Assembly: GCA_964596165.1 (NCBI GenBank)
Contig: CAZQTW010000031.1
Coordinates: forward strand, 3,924 to 67,923
Origin: an uncultured Planctomycetales bacterium
GTDB taxonomy: Bacteria > Planctomycetota > Phycisphaerae > UBA1845 > JAFGLZ01
Length of the DNA: 64,000 nucleotides
Reading direction: 5' to 3'
Shown piece after piece: positions 1 to 9,528 of the stretch. The first letter of the stretch is position 1, and every line of letters begins with the position of its first letter. Both the position numbers and the translations under genes were made by a program. The notes below the pieces were generated by a model. It searched no databases and was not told the DNA's origin. It saw nothing but the letters and a program-made list of their open reading frames with translations.

Positions 1-854
1 TCATCTTCGACGATGATCTGCTTACGCTGAACCGGGAATACTGCATCGAACTCTTCGAACGATACGCGACGGCAAGGGTCGGCCTGCCCTTTGTTCTGAA
101 TGCTCACGTTCAGGCCTTCGGCGACGATGTCGCTCGCACCCTGGCGGCGGCGGGTTGCATGATCGTCAAGTTCGGCGTCGAGAGCGGCAGCGACGATCTG
201 CGACGCCGGGTTCTGCACCGCTACATGAGCAACGACGAAATCGTCGAGGCCTTTGACGTCTGTCGCCGACACGGCCTGCACAGCAGCGCGTTCTTGATGA
301 TCGGCCTGCCTTTTGAAACACGAGGCACATTGAATGAGACGATCGACCTGATGGTTCGTGCCCGCCCCGGGCGGATGCGGTGGGCGATTTTCTATCCGTT
401 CGAGGGAACCGAAAGCCACGCCATCGCCGAAGCGGCCGGCCTAATCGACCACGAGAAGATGCGGGCCATGGAGAACTACTTCTGTGCGAGCTGTCTGAGG
501 TTCGATCCGGATACGGACCTCCTCCTGCGAAAACTCCAGCGGACATTCCATTGGTTCGTCAACGCCCGGTCCAAGGGATTGGCGATCGACGAGTATGGCC
601 GCCTGGTCGAATGGGTCGAAGGATTGAGCCTGTCCGATTGGCTCGCCGCCGAGCCCGCCATCCTGAATCGAGATCGGGAGATGTCCGACCGGTTGCTGGC
701 CGAGCAGCGCCGCCACTACTCGATTCGCTATACCGAGGTGATGGCCGTCGACAGTGAATTCGTCCTGGCGGAACGGGGTGGCGACAAGTACAAGGCCGTC
801 CGGGCCTGGAAAGTTCGCGCCCGACAGCCGACGACACCCTCTGCCGGGGAGTAG
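1..854 (+). CDS. Radical SAM domain protein, C-terminal part (5' end outside window)
   Basis: Reading frame is open from position 3 (IFDDDLLTLNREYCIELFERY...) and continues into listed ORF 159..854. KFGVESGSDDLRRRVL..., LMIGLPFET and RWAIFYPFEGT resemble the distal barrel half of B12-binding-type radical SAM enzymes. Confidence 0.6.
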   Translation, partial: IFDDDLLTLNREYCIELFERYATARVGLPFVLNAHVQAFGDDVARTLAAAGCMIVKFGVESGSDDLRRRVLHRYMSNDEIVEAFDVCRRHGLHSSAFLMIGLPFETRGTLNETIDLMVRARPGRMRWAIFYPFEGTESHAIAEAAGLIDHEKMRAMENYFCASCLRFDPDTDLLLRKLQRTFHWFVNARSKGLAIDEYGRLVEWVEGLSLSDWLAAEPAILNRDREMSDRLLAEQRRHYSIRYTEVMAVDSEFVLAERGGDKYKAVRAWKVRARQPTTPSAGE

Positions 855-919
855 CCCTCCCCACAGAGACCGTTTCTAAACGTCGCGCAAAAAGCAAAGC
901 ATCGGAGGCTTTTGGACAA

Positions 920-947
920 TTGACAGGGATGACGGGATAGCTATAAT
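920..947 (+). promoter_or_regulatory. Putative sigma70-type promoter (TTGACA-16 nt-TATAAT) upstream of the OMF gene
   Basis: TTGACA at 920-925 and TATAAT at 942-947, read directly. It is an AT-rich consensus in GC-rich DNA, about 95 nt upstream of the GTG at 1041. It overlaps an inverted repeat at 922-958. Confidence 0.4.
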
Positions 948-1040
948 CCCGCCCTGTCGTCAAAGGACCCCCGGGGGTGGCGGCAAGGCGCGATTCCAGT
1001 CGACGCGGCAGGTGTCCTTGTGGGAAGGAGAGTAGCCATC

Positions 1041-2864
1041 GTGCCCCTGAAGAGTGCCAGCATGAACGGCGGGCCACGGACGGCTCTGTGGGCGCTGATG
1101 GGTTTGGCGGGGCTTCTTGGATGCCAATCCACTCAGCAGTCCCTAGCTCCTTTCAATGACAAGTTGATCGACAACTACGAGGCCCGCAATGGCGTGCAGG
1201 CCGCCGATGCGCAGACCGTCCCTGACTTCCCGAAGATCGAGAACCGTCGACCGGCCGCCGTTGTCGGCAGTTTGACCACAACGCAACCGACTGCCACCCA
1301 GACATTTGAGTGGCAGATGCCGGACCCGTCCACGGCCGCGGACATCTTTTCCGAACGAATCAAGATCATCACCGACGAGCGCCGGGCAAGGGACTACCAG
1401 CGGACCAGTGTCCGAGCCGTGCAGCATCTCAAGGCATTGAAGCGGGGCAAGCAAATCCGGCTGTCTCTCTCCGAGGTCACCCACCGGGCGCTGGCCAACA
1501 GCTACGCCATCCGCATCGCCGGGTTTGAACCTGCCGTGTCGGCCGCTCAGATCGTGGAAGCAGAGGCGCTTTTCGATTCGACGTTTTATGCCAACTGGAT
1601 TGAGACCAGTCAGGATCAACCGACGGCCTCTCAGTTGCAAGCCAGCAAGAACAAGGCTCGAACGGCGTCCGCCGGCATCAGGAAGTTGCTCTCGACAGGG
1701 ACACAGATCGACATCGGCTACAACTTCCAACGGACCTATACCAATCAGCCTTTTCAGACCCTCAACCCAGCCTACACCAATAATCTGAACCTTCAGTTGA
1801 TGCAGCCATTGCTGAGAGGTTTCGGGTTGGATTTCAATCGGTCGCAGATCAACATCCGCAAGAGCGAGCGGAAGATAGCCATCGAGAAGTTTCGCCAGCA
1901 GGTTCGAGAGATCCTGATCAATGTCGAACAGGCCTATTGGGGGCTCGTGCAGGCACGGCGGAATGCGACCGTGGCGGCGGAGCTTCTCGCCGAAACAGAG
2001 GAAACGTATCGGTATGTGGAGGCGAGGCGCGATTTCGACGCCTTTGCCGTCCTGATCGCGAACTCGAAGTCTGCCGTGGACCTTAAGCGAGTGGAGATGA
2101 TTACCGCGGTCGCTAAGGTGAAGGAAATGGAAGACACCCTCAAGGGCCTGATGAACGATCCCGAGATCACCCTGTCCGACGACATCGAGATCATCCCGAT
2201 CGACATTCCCGACGCCGTGCAGATCGTGGTGGACCGTTTGTCCGAGGTGCAGATTGCCCTGGACAGCCGGAGCGAGTTGAAGGAACGCGAACTGGAAATC
2301 GAGGTCGCGCGGATTTACGTGGGGCAAGCCAAGAACCAGGTCTTGCCGAAATTCGACGCGGTGTTCTCGTACAAGATCAACGGCCTCGACGGTGACCCGG
2401 ATGCCGCCTTTGGCCAGATGACCGAAAACCGGTACGAGGATTACCAGGTCGGTGTTCAGTTCGAGTGGCCGGTGGGCAGCCGCAAGAGCCGTGCCCTGCT
2501 CAAGCAAGCCAAGCTGCGCTATCAACAAGCGATTACGGGGCGCATGGCCCAAATCGAGAAGATCATCCTCGACGTCAACAAGGCGGTTCGCGAGTTGGAA
2601 ACCGCCTGGGACGCCATCGATCCTGCCAGGACCGCGACTCTGGCCGCCGAAGAGAACGTTCGTGCCACCAAGGAACGGGCCGAGCGAAAGAGCCCGGCCG
2701 AACTGCAAACCGAATTGAGCGGCCAGGAGCAACTGGCTCAAGCGCGACGAACGTTGCTCAGCGCATTGATCCGCTACAATTTCGCCATCGCCGATCTGGA
2801 ACGGGCCAAGGGCAGGCTTTTGCCCTACAACAACGTCGTGATTGCCGAACCGGTGTCAGAGTAG
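1041..2864 (+). CDS. Outer membrane efflux protein (TolC/OMF family), probable lipoprotein
   Basis: ORF 1020..2864. GGAAGGAGA lies 9 nt upstream of the in-frame GTG at 1041, giving MPLKSASMNGGPRTALWALMGLAGLLGC (lipobox-like). The body shows the two-repeat OEP pattern (LSLSEVTHRALANSYAIRIA..., LLSALIRYNFAIADLERAKG). Confidence 0.75.
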   Translation: MPLKSASMNGGPRTALWALMGLAGLLGCQSTQQSLAPFNDKLIDNYEARNGVQAADAQTVPDFPKIENRRPAAVVGSLTTTQPTATQTFEWQMPDPSTAADIFSERIKIITDERRARDYQRTSVRAVQHLKALKRGKQIRLSLSEVTHRALANSYAIRIAGFEPAVSAAQIVEAEALFDSTFYANWIETSQDQPTASQLQASKNKARTASAGIRKLLSTGTQIDIGYNFQRTYTNQPFQTLNPAYTNNLNLQLMQPLLRGFGLDFNRSQINIRKSERKIAIEKFRQQVREILINVEQAYWGLVQARRNATVAAELLAETEETYRYVEARRDFDAFAVLIANSKSAVDLKRVEMITAVAKVKEMEDTLKGLMNDPEITLSDDIEIIPIDIPDAVQIVVDRLSEVQIALDSRSELKERELEIEVARIYVGQAKNQVLPKFDAVFSYKINGLDGDPDAAFGQMTENRYEDYQVGVQFEWPVGSRKSRALLKQAKLRYQQAITGRMAQIEKIILDVNKAVRELETAWDAIDPARTATLAAEENVRATKERAERKSPAELQTELSGQEQLAQARRTLLSALIRYNFAIADLERAKGRLLPYNNVVIAEPVSE

Positions 2865-2867
2865 GCC

Positions 2868-5012
2868 GTGCCTGCCTTGGGCGAACATTGCGGTTTGCGA
2901 ATGACCCGATTTCTCGCCGGTGGCATTGCGGCAGCACTCACCTTAGCCTGCGCTCTACCGGCCGGTGTCCGCGCCGGGCCGGCAGCGGGAATTCCTTTTC
3001 TCCTTCACCTTGGCGCGGCAGTTGCCCTCTTCTGGAGTCTTGCCGCGAAGGCCCTTACGCGTCCGCGGTCTCACGTTCAACAAGGGCACTGGCGTGACGA
3101 GGCCTCGCTGGGCCTCCAGTGGCTGGCGCTTGGCGGCGGTGTCTTGTGCGCGGTCTTACTGGTGTTCGAGATGACGGTCGCCGGCCTCTTGCGGACAGGG
3201 ATTGCCGAGCCTGTCGGCCACCCCTTTGAAACCTCGGCGGCGGGACTGCTCGACCTTGCCGCGTTGACCGTGGCCGTGAGCCTGAACGCGTCCACGGGAA
3301 AGACGGCGACGCCGCTGTTCTGGTTGTTGATTGCCTCCGCCTGCTGGTCGGCATTGATGATCCCCGCGGCGGCCGGGTCAAACGTCGCCGTCACGCGATG
3401 GCCTGCCTGGATGCCCTGGTCTCTCTGGGCGTTCATCGGTATGTCCACGGTCTACGTCGCCTTTGTCACCGTCCAAGAGGTGCTCTTTCGCCGCCGATGC
3501 ATCCTTGCGTGTCCCGAGCGCCCGGAGGATCTGGTGAGGCCGCATGATACCTGGCCGGGCTTTCGACCCAGCGCGGCTGCTATCGGCCTGATCATTCTCC
3601 CGCTGGGTGCCTATCACGCGGATTCGCCCTTCTGTGCCTTGTTTTCGGCGCTCGCCGGAGCGGCATCCTTCTGGCTGGCGCACCGTCAGTGGAACTCGAA
3701 TTTCGCCGACGTGGGCATGGCGCTCGTCACGCTGGCCGTTACCTCGTTCATGCTAGCCTGCATTCCGGATTCCGTGGGGGGACCGCTGCTCGACACACGG
3801 ATGCCCCTTCTCCTGGCCGCGGCGCTTTTCGGACTGTCCCTCATGATCTTCATCTGGCACTGGTTGCCCAATGTGTGGGACCAGCAACTGCATGACGGAT
3901 ATCCTTGGACCACCACAGGCCGCATGATCCCCGTCACCCGCCGATTCGCGCTGATCGTGGGCGCCTTCGGGACACTTGTTGGCATGCAATTGGCGATCTG
4001 GCCTCAGATCTCCTCCACACGGGATGACACCGTGTCTCGATGGGTCCTCGGCCTGACGGCCAACGCACTCCTCATCGGTTCCTTGACTCTGGCGGCGAGG
4101 CTCTCGCAGAAGAGGCGAGTGGCCTATCTTGCCCTGTTGAGCGTTGTTGTCATGGGGTTCTTCATTGCAGTCCGGATGCCCGACGGGCGCCTGAAGTATG
4201 CGGTTCTCCACCACTGGCCCGTCATGGCCGCCCTGGCGGCGCCCGTGTGTCTCGGCGCCTCCCGGCTGACCGCCCGAGGTCGATGGCGACCATTCTCCGT
4301 TCCCTTGGAGACCGGTGCCGTCATGACGCTACCCGGCCTCGCCGTCGCGGGCCTGATTGTCACCGCCTCGCAACCCACCGTGATCCTGTTGGGGAAGGTC
4401 GTTCAGTACGACGTGAAGACCCTCCGATTGGCGACCAGCGTTGTCCTGACGTTGCACTATGCCCTCTGCGCCTGGGTACGCGGACGGAGTACTCTGACTC
4501 TCATGGCGGTTGCCGGCTTCAACGCCTCGGTCCTCTTCTGGTGTCTGTCTCGCGGCTTCGGCCGTGTCGAGCATGCCTATTTCGGCCTGATACCGGTGGG
4601 ACTCAGCCTGATGGTGTTGGCCTACGCCAACCGAGCGAGGTTTTCGGGCAAGGGATTCCGGCGGCTAAGGCTCTTCGGGGTGTTCCTTGTCGTGCTGGCT
4701 CCCGCCTGGCGGTTTGCATTTCTGGGCAGCGTGCATCCTCCGATACTCACGGCCGTCATGGTGGCGCTGTGCCTGGGTGCTTTGGGTTTGGCGGCGCTTC
4801 TACGAACGCGATTTTTCATCTACGCCGGTCTGGCGGGGGTGGCGGTGGAACTGGCGACGCTGGCGGTGTACTTACATTCCAACAAGCGTCCGGTTCCCTG
4901 GATTGTTGTCGCGGCGCTGGGCGCGGCCGTGTTGATGCTGTGCACGCTCGCCTCGCGGCGCCGGCATGAGACCTCGCGATGGTTGGAGGCCATCGATCGC
5001 TGGGAGGAGTAG
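2868..5012 (+). CDS. Hypothetical polytopic integral membrane protein (714 aa, many predicted TM helices)
   Basis: ORF starts with GTG 3 nt after the OMF stop; an alternative ATG is at 2901. The translation is almost entirely hydrophobic segments separated by short Arg/Trp-rich loops. I recognise no family motif. Confidence 0.6.
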   Translation: MPALGEHCGLRMTRFLAGGIAAALTLACALPAGVRAGPAAGIPFLLHLGAAVALFWSLAAKALTRPRSHVQQGHWRDEASLGLQWLALGGGVLCAVLLVFEMTVAGLLRTGIAEPVGHPFETSAAGLLDLAALTVAVSLNASTGKTATPLFWLLIASACWSALMIPAAAGSNVAVTRWPAWMPWSLWAFIGMSTVYVAFVTVQEVLFRRRCILACPERPEDLVRPHDTWPGFRPSAAAIGLIILPLGAYHADSPFCALFSALAGAASFWLAHRQWNSNFADVGMALVTLAVTSFMLACIPDSVGGPLLDTRMPLLLAAALFGLSLMIFIWHWLPNVWDQQLHDGYPWTTTGRMIPVTRRFALIVGAFGTLVGMQLAIWPQISSTRDDTVSRWVLGLTANALLIGSLTLAARLSQKRRVAYLALLSVVVMGFFIAVRMPDGRLKYAVLHHWPVMAALAAPVCLGASRLTARGRWRPFSVPLETGAVMTLPGLAVAGLIVTASQPTVILLGKVVQYDVKTLRLATSVVLTLHYALCAWVRGRSTLTLMAVAGFNASVLFWCLSRGFGRVEHAYFGLIPVGLSLMVLAYANRARFSGKGFRRLRLFGVFLVVLAPAWRFAFLGSVHPPILTAVMVALCLGALGLAALLRTRFFIYAGLAGVAVELATLAVYLHSNKRPVPWIVVAALGAAVLMLCTLASRRRHETSRWLEAIDRWEE

Positions 5013-5104
5013 ACGTCGCCGTCAACCACGATCCGTGATCGACGTCGCGTCTCGATGTTCGGGGCATGGTTCATGACCGGAACGTATCGGGTTGAGAAGC
5101 CATT

Positions 5105-5554
5105 ATGAGAGCCATTGTTCAGCGCGTCAGTTCGGCGGCGGTCCACATTGAGGGAAAGACGCATTCGTCCATTGGGAAGGGGTTGCTTGTTTACGTCGGC
5201 GTCGGTCACGGCGACGACGTGAAGGATCTGGAACTCCTGGTCGACAAGATCTCGCACCTGAGGATCTTCAGCGATGAGGCGGGCAAGATGAATCTCGATG
5301 TGGGTCGGGCGGGCGGCGAAGTCCTGGTTGTCAGCGCCTTCACGGTTCAGGCGGACACCCGTCGCGGGCGACGGCCTTCGTTCGATGCCGCGGCGCCGCC
5401 TCAGGAGGCCGATCCGATGATCCAACGCTTCTGTCGGACGCTGTCCGATCGCGGCCTTACGGTGAAGACCGGGGTATTCCGCGCCTATATGGACGTGGAG
5501 AGCCACAACGATGGGCCGATTTGCATTCTGCTCGACACGAAGCCGCCGGCCTGA
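5105..5554 (+). CDS. dtd: D-aminoacyl-tRNA deacylase
   Basis: 149 aa. MRAIVQRVSSAAVHIEGK...GLLVYVGVGHGD...KISHLRIF...VVSAFTV...RRPSF...M.VES.NDGP matches the Dtd family along its whole length. Confidence 0.9.
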   Translation: MRAIVQRVSSAAVHIEGKTHSSIGKGLLVYVGVGHGDDVKDLELLVDKISHLRIFSDEAGKMNLDVGRAGGEVLVVSAFTVQADTRRGRRPSFDAAAPPQEADPMIQRFCRTLSDRGLTVKTGVFRAYMDVESHNDGPICILLDTKPPA

Positions 5555-5581
5555 CGATCGCACGGTGAAGGCCCGACGACA

Positions 5582-6247
5582 TCACACCGGCGCGGACGTC
5601 CGGGTGTCCTCCAGGCGACAGGCAAATCGCTCTTCTCCCAGCAGGATCACGATGGGCGTCTTGAACAGGATTTGCAGATCGAGCCACGGACTGAGGTGAT
5701 GGACATACCAGACGTCCCATCGGATTCGGTCGGGCCAACTGATGGACGCTCCCCCATGAATCTGTGCCAGCCCCGTGCATCCCGGCCGTACCCATTGCCG
5801 TTGTCGCTCGAAGGTGTCGTATCGTTCCACCTGATCGGGCAGCGTCGGCCGCGGACCGATGATCGACATGTCGCCGAGCAGTACATTGACCATCTGCGGC
5901 AGTTCATCGATCTTCGTTCGTCGAAGCCACCGTCCCACGCGGGTAATCTCCGGGTGATCGAGCGGGACCAGCTCCTTCGGATCCGGGGTTCGCCCTCCGC
6001 GCATCGTGCGGAACTTCCACAGACGAAACGAGCGTTCATTCAGCCCGATGCGGATCTGCGTGAAGAAGACGGGCCCGCGACTGGTCAACTTGATTGCCGC
6101 CGCCGACACCAACAGCAGCGGACCGAGCACGATCAGACCGATGAGCGCCGCCACAATATCCGCCAGTCGTTTGACCGGCAAATACCAACCCGTCGGCGGC
6201 TTGGCCCCCGATGACCGGTCTGGTTCGACCTTGCTCCGGTCGTTCAT
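5582..6247 (-). CDS. Bacterial sugar transferase (polyprenyl-phosphate hexose-1-phosphate transferase family, WbaP/EpsL-like)
   Basis: 221 aa. One N-terminal TM segment, then PVFFTQIRIGLNERSFRLWKFRTMR and DELPQMVNVLLGDMSIIGPRP, which are signatures of this family. Confidence 0.85.
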   Translation of the reverse strand: MNDRSKVEPDRSSGAKPPTGWYLPVKRLADIVAALIGLIVLGPLLLVSAAAIKLTSRGPVFFTQIRIGLNERSFRLWKFRTMRGGRTPDPKELVPLDHPEITRVGRWLRRTKIDELPQMVNVLLGDMSIIGPRPTLPDQVERYDTFERQRQWVRPGCTGLAQIHGGASISWPDRIRWDVWYVHHLSPWLDLQILFKTPIVILLGEERFACRLEDTRTSAPV

Positions 6248-6350
6248 CTTCGCTCGCTGCTCCGTCGGACTGGCACTAACCCCGTCGATCTCGTAGGATC
6301 AACATAGCCGCCGGACGAACGGGTGCCAAGCGGCGACCGGCGCCAGGACG

Positions 6351-7271
6351 ATGCCCGTGGCCGAATCCCTGAGCGACTACAGCAAGTATCTCGATCCCAA
6401 GGTGCTCGCCGAGATTGCGGGATTGGATCTCCGCGCCCGCCTGGTGGTCGAAGGGTACATCAGCGGAATGCATCGTTCGCCTTATCGGGGATTCAGCGTG
6501 GAGTTCGCCGAACACCGCGAATATACGCAGGGCGACGATCTGAAGCATCTGGATTGGAAGGTCTTCGGCCGGACCGACAAGTACTACGTCAAACAATACG
6601 AAGAGGAGACCAACATGAATGTGGTTCTCCTCCTGGATTGCAGCGAATCCATGAGCTACGGGTCGGATCCGGCGGGACTGAACAAACATGAGTATGCCAC
6701 GGCGATCGCCGCCTCGCTCGCGTACCTGGCGCTCCAGCAGCAGGATTCGGTCGGGTTGGCCACCTTTGACGAGCAGATCAGCCGGTACGTCCGGCCCAGC
6801 AACAACCCCGGCCACTGGAAAACCCTGATTCACGAAATGGAGACGGGCATCGGTCGGCGGAAGACAACCGTTCGCGGCGTCATTGAGGACCTCGCCGACC
6901 GTCTGCCTCGACGCGTGCTCGTGGTCATCCTGAGCGACCTGTTCGCCGATCTCGACGAGGTCGCCCGAGCCCTGAAACACCTCCGATATCGCCGGCACGA
7001 AGCGATCGTGTTCCACGTCATGGATCATGCGGAATTGGAGTTTCCGTTCACCTCGGCCACGCGGTTCGAAGGCCTCGAGGCCGGCGGCACACTGCTCGTC
7101 GAGCCCAAGGCATTGCGGGCTCGGTACCTGGATGAGGTCCGGAGATTCACGTCAACCCTTCGCGCCCTGTGCCGCGAATTGCGAACGGACTACGAGGTGG
7201 TCGATACCTCGCGGCCCCTCAACGCGGTCCTGACCGCCTACTTGGCCACGCGCAACTCGCGAACCCGGTGA
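6351..7271 (+). CDS. DUF58 domain protein (MoxR/Bat-associated vWA-like)
   Basis: 306 aa. YRGFSVEFAEHREYTQGDDLKHLDWKVFGRTDKYYVKQYEEE and LLLDCSESM are typical DUF58 motifs. Confidence 0.85.
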   Translation: MPVAESLSDYSKYLDPKVLAEIAGLDLRARLVVEGYISGMHRSPYRGFSVEFAEHREYTQGDDLKHLDWKVFGRTDKYYVKQYEEETNMNVVLLLDCSESMSYGSDPAGLNKHEYATAIAASLAYLALQQQDSVGLATFDEQISRYVRPSNNPGHWKTLIHEMETGIGRRKTTVRGVIEDLADRLPRRVLVVILSDLFADLDEVARALKHLRYRRHEAIVFHVMDHAELEFPFTSATRFEGLEAGGTLLVEPKALRARYLDEVRRFTSTLRALCRELRTDYEVVDTSRPLNAVLTAYLATRNSRTR

Positions 7272-7391
7272 AACACCTTATCGCGTGGGTGTTGCCCCAT
7301 CTGTTTCCACGTACCATCTAGCTTGCTCCACCGTCGAGTTGTAGAATGTCCGCCATATTATCTTGATACGAGTCCTATGAGGGTCAGCGTC

Positions 7392-8021
7392 ATGACAGAC
7401 ACACCGGTGGAATCGACGGAAGAATCCCTGGCTCACAAACGGTTGAACGCCGCGGATCGTCGACGGCAGCTACTGGACGTAGCCAAACGGCTGTTCGCCC
7501 AGAACGGTTATCGCAACAGCACCACGGCGAACATCGCCAAGGCGGCGAATGTCACTGAACCTATCCTCTATCGCCATTTCCGAAGTAAGAAGAACCTTTT
7601 CCTCGAAGTGATCAACGAGATCCGGCGCGAAACGCTGGATCAATGGCGCGAGATGGCGGCGACGAAGGAGGACCCCCTCGAAGCCTTGCGGCTCATAGCC
7701 AGTTCATTCCAATACGCTCTGCAGAAGCACGGGCTGGAATACCGGGTGGCCCATCGAGCACTGGCCGAACTCAACGACAAAGACGTCGCTGAAGTGCTCC
7801 GCGACTTCTACACGAATGAGGCCGAGTTCTTCACCGAGCTGATCCGGAAGGGTCAGAACATAGGACGGTTCCGGACCACGATCGACCCACGACTGGCCGC
7901 ATGGTGCATCATTCGCCAAGCGGTCGCCTACTCCCTGACCGAGGGGTTGGGTGTCCCGATGTATCAGGAGCCCGGCCACTACGACCGAGTGGTCGAGGCC
8001 ACGTTTAGCATGCTCCTCTAG
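7392..8021 (+). CDS. TetR/AcrR family transcriptional regulator
   Basis: ORF 7323..8021. HTH region RRQLLDVAKRLFAQNGYRNSTTANIAKAANVTEPILYRHFRSKKNLF. Start is uncertain (ATG 7377 or 7392, TTG 7323). Confidence 0.8.
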   Translation: MTDTPVESTEESLAHKRLNAADRRRQLLDVAKRLFAQNGYRNSTTANIAKAANVTEPILYRHFRSKKNLFLEVINEIRRETLDQWREMAATKEDPLEALRLIASSFQYALQKHGLEYRVAHRALAELNDKDVAEVLRDFYTNEAEFFTELIRKGQNIGRFRTTIDPRLAAWCIIRQAVAYSLTEGLGVPMYQEPGHYDRVVEATFSMLL

Positions 8022-8094
8022 GCCGACAGCCGTCTCCCGGATCGATCAGGAGTCCGATGGGCGTGCGGCGTTCACGCAAGAAGGGGTTCCAAGC

Positions 8095-9390
8095 ATGAAA
8101 CGGACTTCTGGGCCGACACGTCGGCAGTTTCTTCGGAATGCGGCGGGTTCGGCGGCTGCGGTCGCCGCGCCTTACGTCATCACGAGCGCGGCCTTGGGCA
8201 ATGCCGAAAAGGCACCGGCAAACAGTCGCATCGTCATGGGCTTCATCGGCACGGGTGGAATGGGCAACCATCATCTGCCCGGCATGCTGGGGGAAAGGCG
8301 AGTTCAGGTGGTCGCCGTCTGCGACGTTGACCAAGACCATCGCGACAAGACGGCCGCCCGAGTCGGCAAGGACTGCAAGACCTACGCCGACTTTCGCGAC
8401 CTCCTGGACCGGCCGGACATCGACGCCGTGTTTATCGCCACGCCCGATCACTGGCACGCCCTCGTCGCCGTCGCCGCCTGCAAGGCGGGCAAGGACATCT
8501 ACTGCGAAAAACCGATGACGCTGACCATCGAAGAGGGCCGTGCGATGGTCCGTGCCGTTCGGCGATACAACCGGGTCTGTCAAATCGGGAGCCAGCAACG
8601 GTCGGGACGTGAGTTCTGGCAGGCTTGCATGCTGGCTCGGAACGGATACCTGGGCGACATCTATACCGTGTACTCCGGTCTGCCCGGCGGGCCCGCGGGG
8701 GGCTGGGCCGACGTAACCGATCCGCCGCCGTCGCTCGATTGGAACTTCTGGCTCGGTCCGGCGCCGTGGAAGCCTTACACCTCGCCGCGCTGCCACGGCA
8801 ACTTCCGCTGGTTCTATGACTATTCCGGCGGCACGATGACCGACTGGGGCGCCCACCACAACGATACCGCCCAATGGGGATTGGGCACCGACCTGACCGG
8901 ACCCATCCATGTCGACGGGCACGGCGAATTCCCTAAGGACGGGTTGTATGAGACCGCCACCAGTTTTCGGGTCACCTATACCTATGCCCACGGCGTCAAG
9001 CTCGTCTGCTCGACCGTCGACCACGGGACGAAGTTCGTGGGGACCCGGGGGTGGGTTCACGTTGATCGTGGCTTCATCCAGGCACACCCGCCGTCATTGC
9101 TCAAAGAGGACTTCAAGAATGCCCCCATTCGCCTGGATGACAGTCACCTCAAGCACGGCGACAATTGGATGGCCCACAAGCTCAACTTCCTCGATTGCGT
9201 CGAGAGTCGTCGCAAACCGATCGCCGACGTCGAGGTCGGCCACCGGACGATTACGATGTCGCATTTGGGTGTGATATCGATGCGATTGGGCCGGCCGCTC
9301 CGGTGGGATCCCGATCGTGAGCTGATCCTTGGTGACGACGAAGCAGCCCGGTGGGTTCGCAGACCGATGCGAGCGCCGTGGAGGCTGTGA
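8095..9390 (+). CDS. Gfo/Idh/MocA family oxidoreductase with Tat-type signal
   Basis: ORF 7951..9390. The internal ATG at 8095 gives MKRTSGPTRRQFLRNAAGSAAAVAAPYV (twin-Arg signal), followed by a Rossmann segment (IVMGFIGTGGMGNHH) and EKP motif (DIYCEKP). Confidence 0.85.
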   Translation: MKRTSGPTRRQFLRNAAGSAAAVAAPYVITSAALGNAEKAPANSRIVMGFIGTGGMGNHHLPGMLGERRVQVVAVCDVDQDHRDKTAARVGKDCKTYADFRDLLDRPDIDAVFIATPDHWHALVAVAACKAGKDIYCEKPMTLTIEEGRAMVRAVRRYNRVCQIGSQQRSGREFWQACMLARNGYLGDIYTVYSGLPGGPAGGWADVTDPPPSLDWNFWLGPAPWKPYTSPRCHGNFRWFYDYSGGTMTDWGAHHNDTAQWGLGTDLTGPIHVDGHGEFPKDGLYETATSFRVTYTYAHGVKLVCSTVDHGTKFVGTRGWVHVDRGFIQAHPPSLLKEDFKNAPIRLDDSHLKHGDNWMAHKLNFLDCVESRRKPIADVEVGHRTITMSHLGVISMRLGRPLRWDPDRELILGDDEAARWVRRPMRAPWRL

Positions 9391-9528
9391 GAACACCCCG
9401 ATACCAAGACTCGATAGGACCGGGCAATGGGGACTCGATGGTTGAACCCTGTCGTGGCAGAAGTGCGCCGTCAGCGAGCTCCTCCGGTGCGGCCTTCGGA
9501 CTGCTCCGCATGGCGGTCGCGAGCGGTG

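Noticed and set aside
499-508. tRNA T-arm-like string GGTTCGATCC.
   Set aside because: It lies inside the radical SAM coding frame, with no acceptor or anticodon stem partners around it.
1143-2741. Very long antisense or alternative-frame ORFs: 1143..2741 (-), 9427..10353 (+), 28039..29205 (+), 34565..35866 (-), 35991..36980 (-), 37746..38789 (-), 47608..48801 (-), 52051..53322 (+), 57724..59025 (+), 63045..63761 (-).
   Set aside because: Each lies opposite, or out of frame with, a gene that has clear family motifs. Their translations are Arg/Gly/Pro/Ala-rich low-complexity strings, as expected for stop-poor frames in high-GC DNA. None has an RBS or a recognisable motif.
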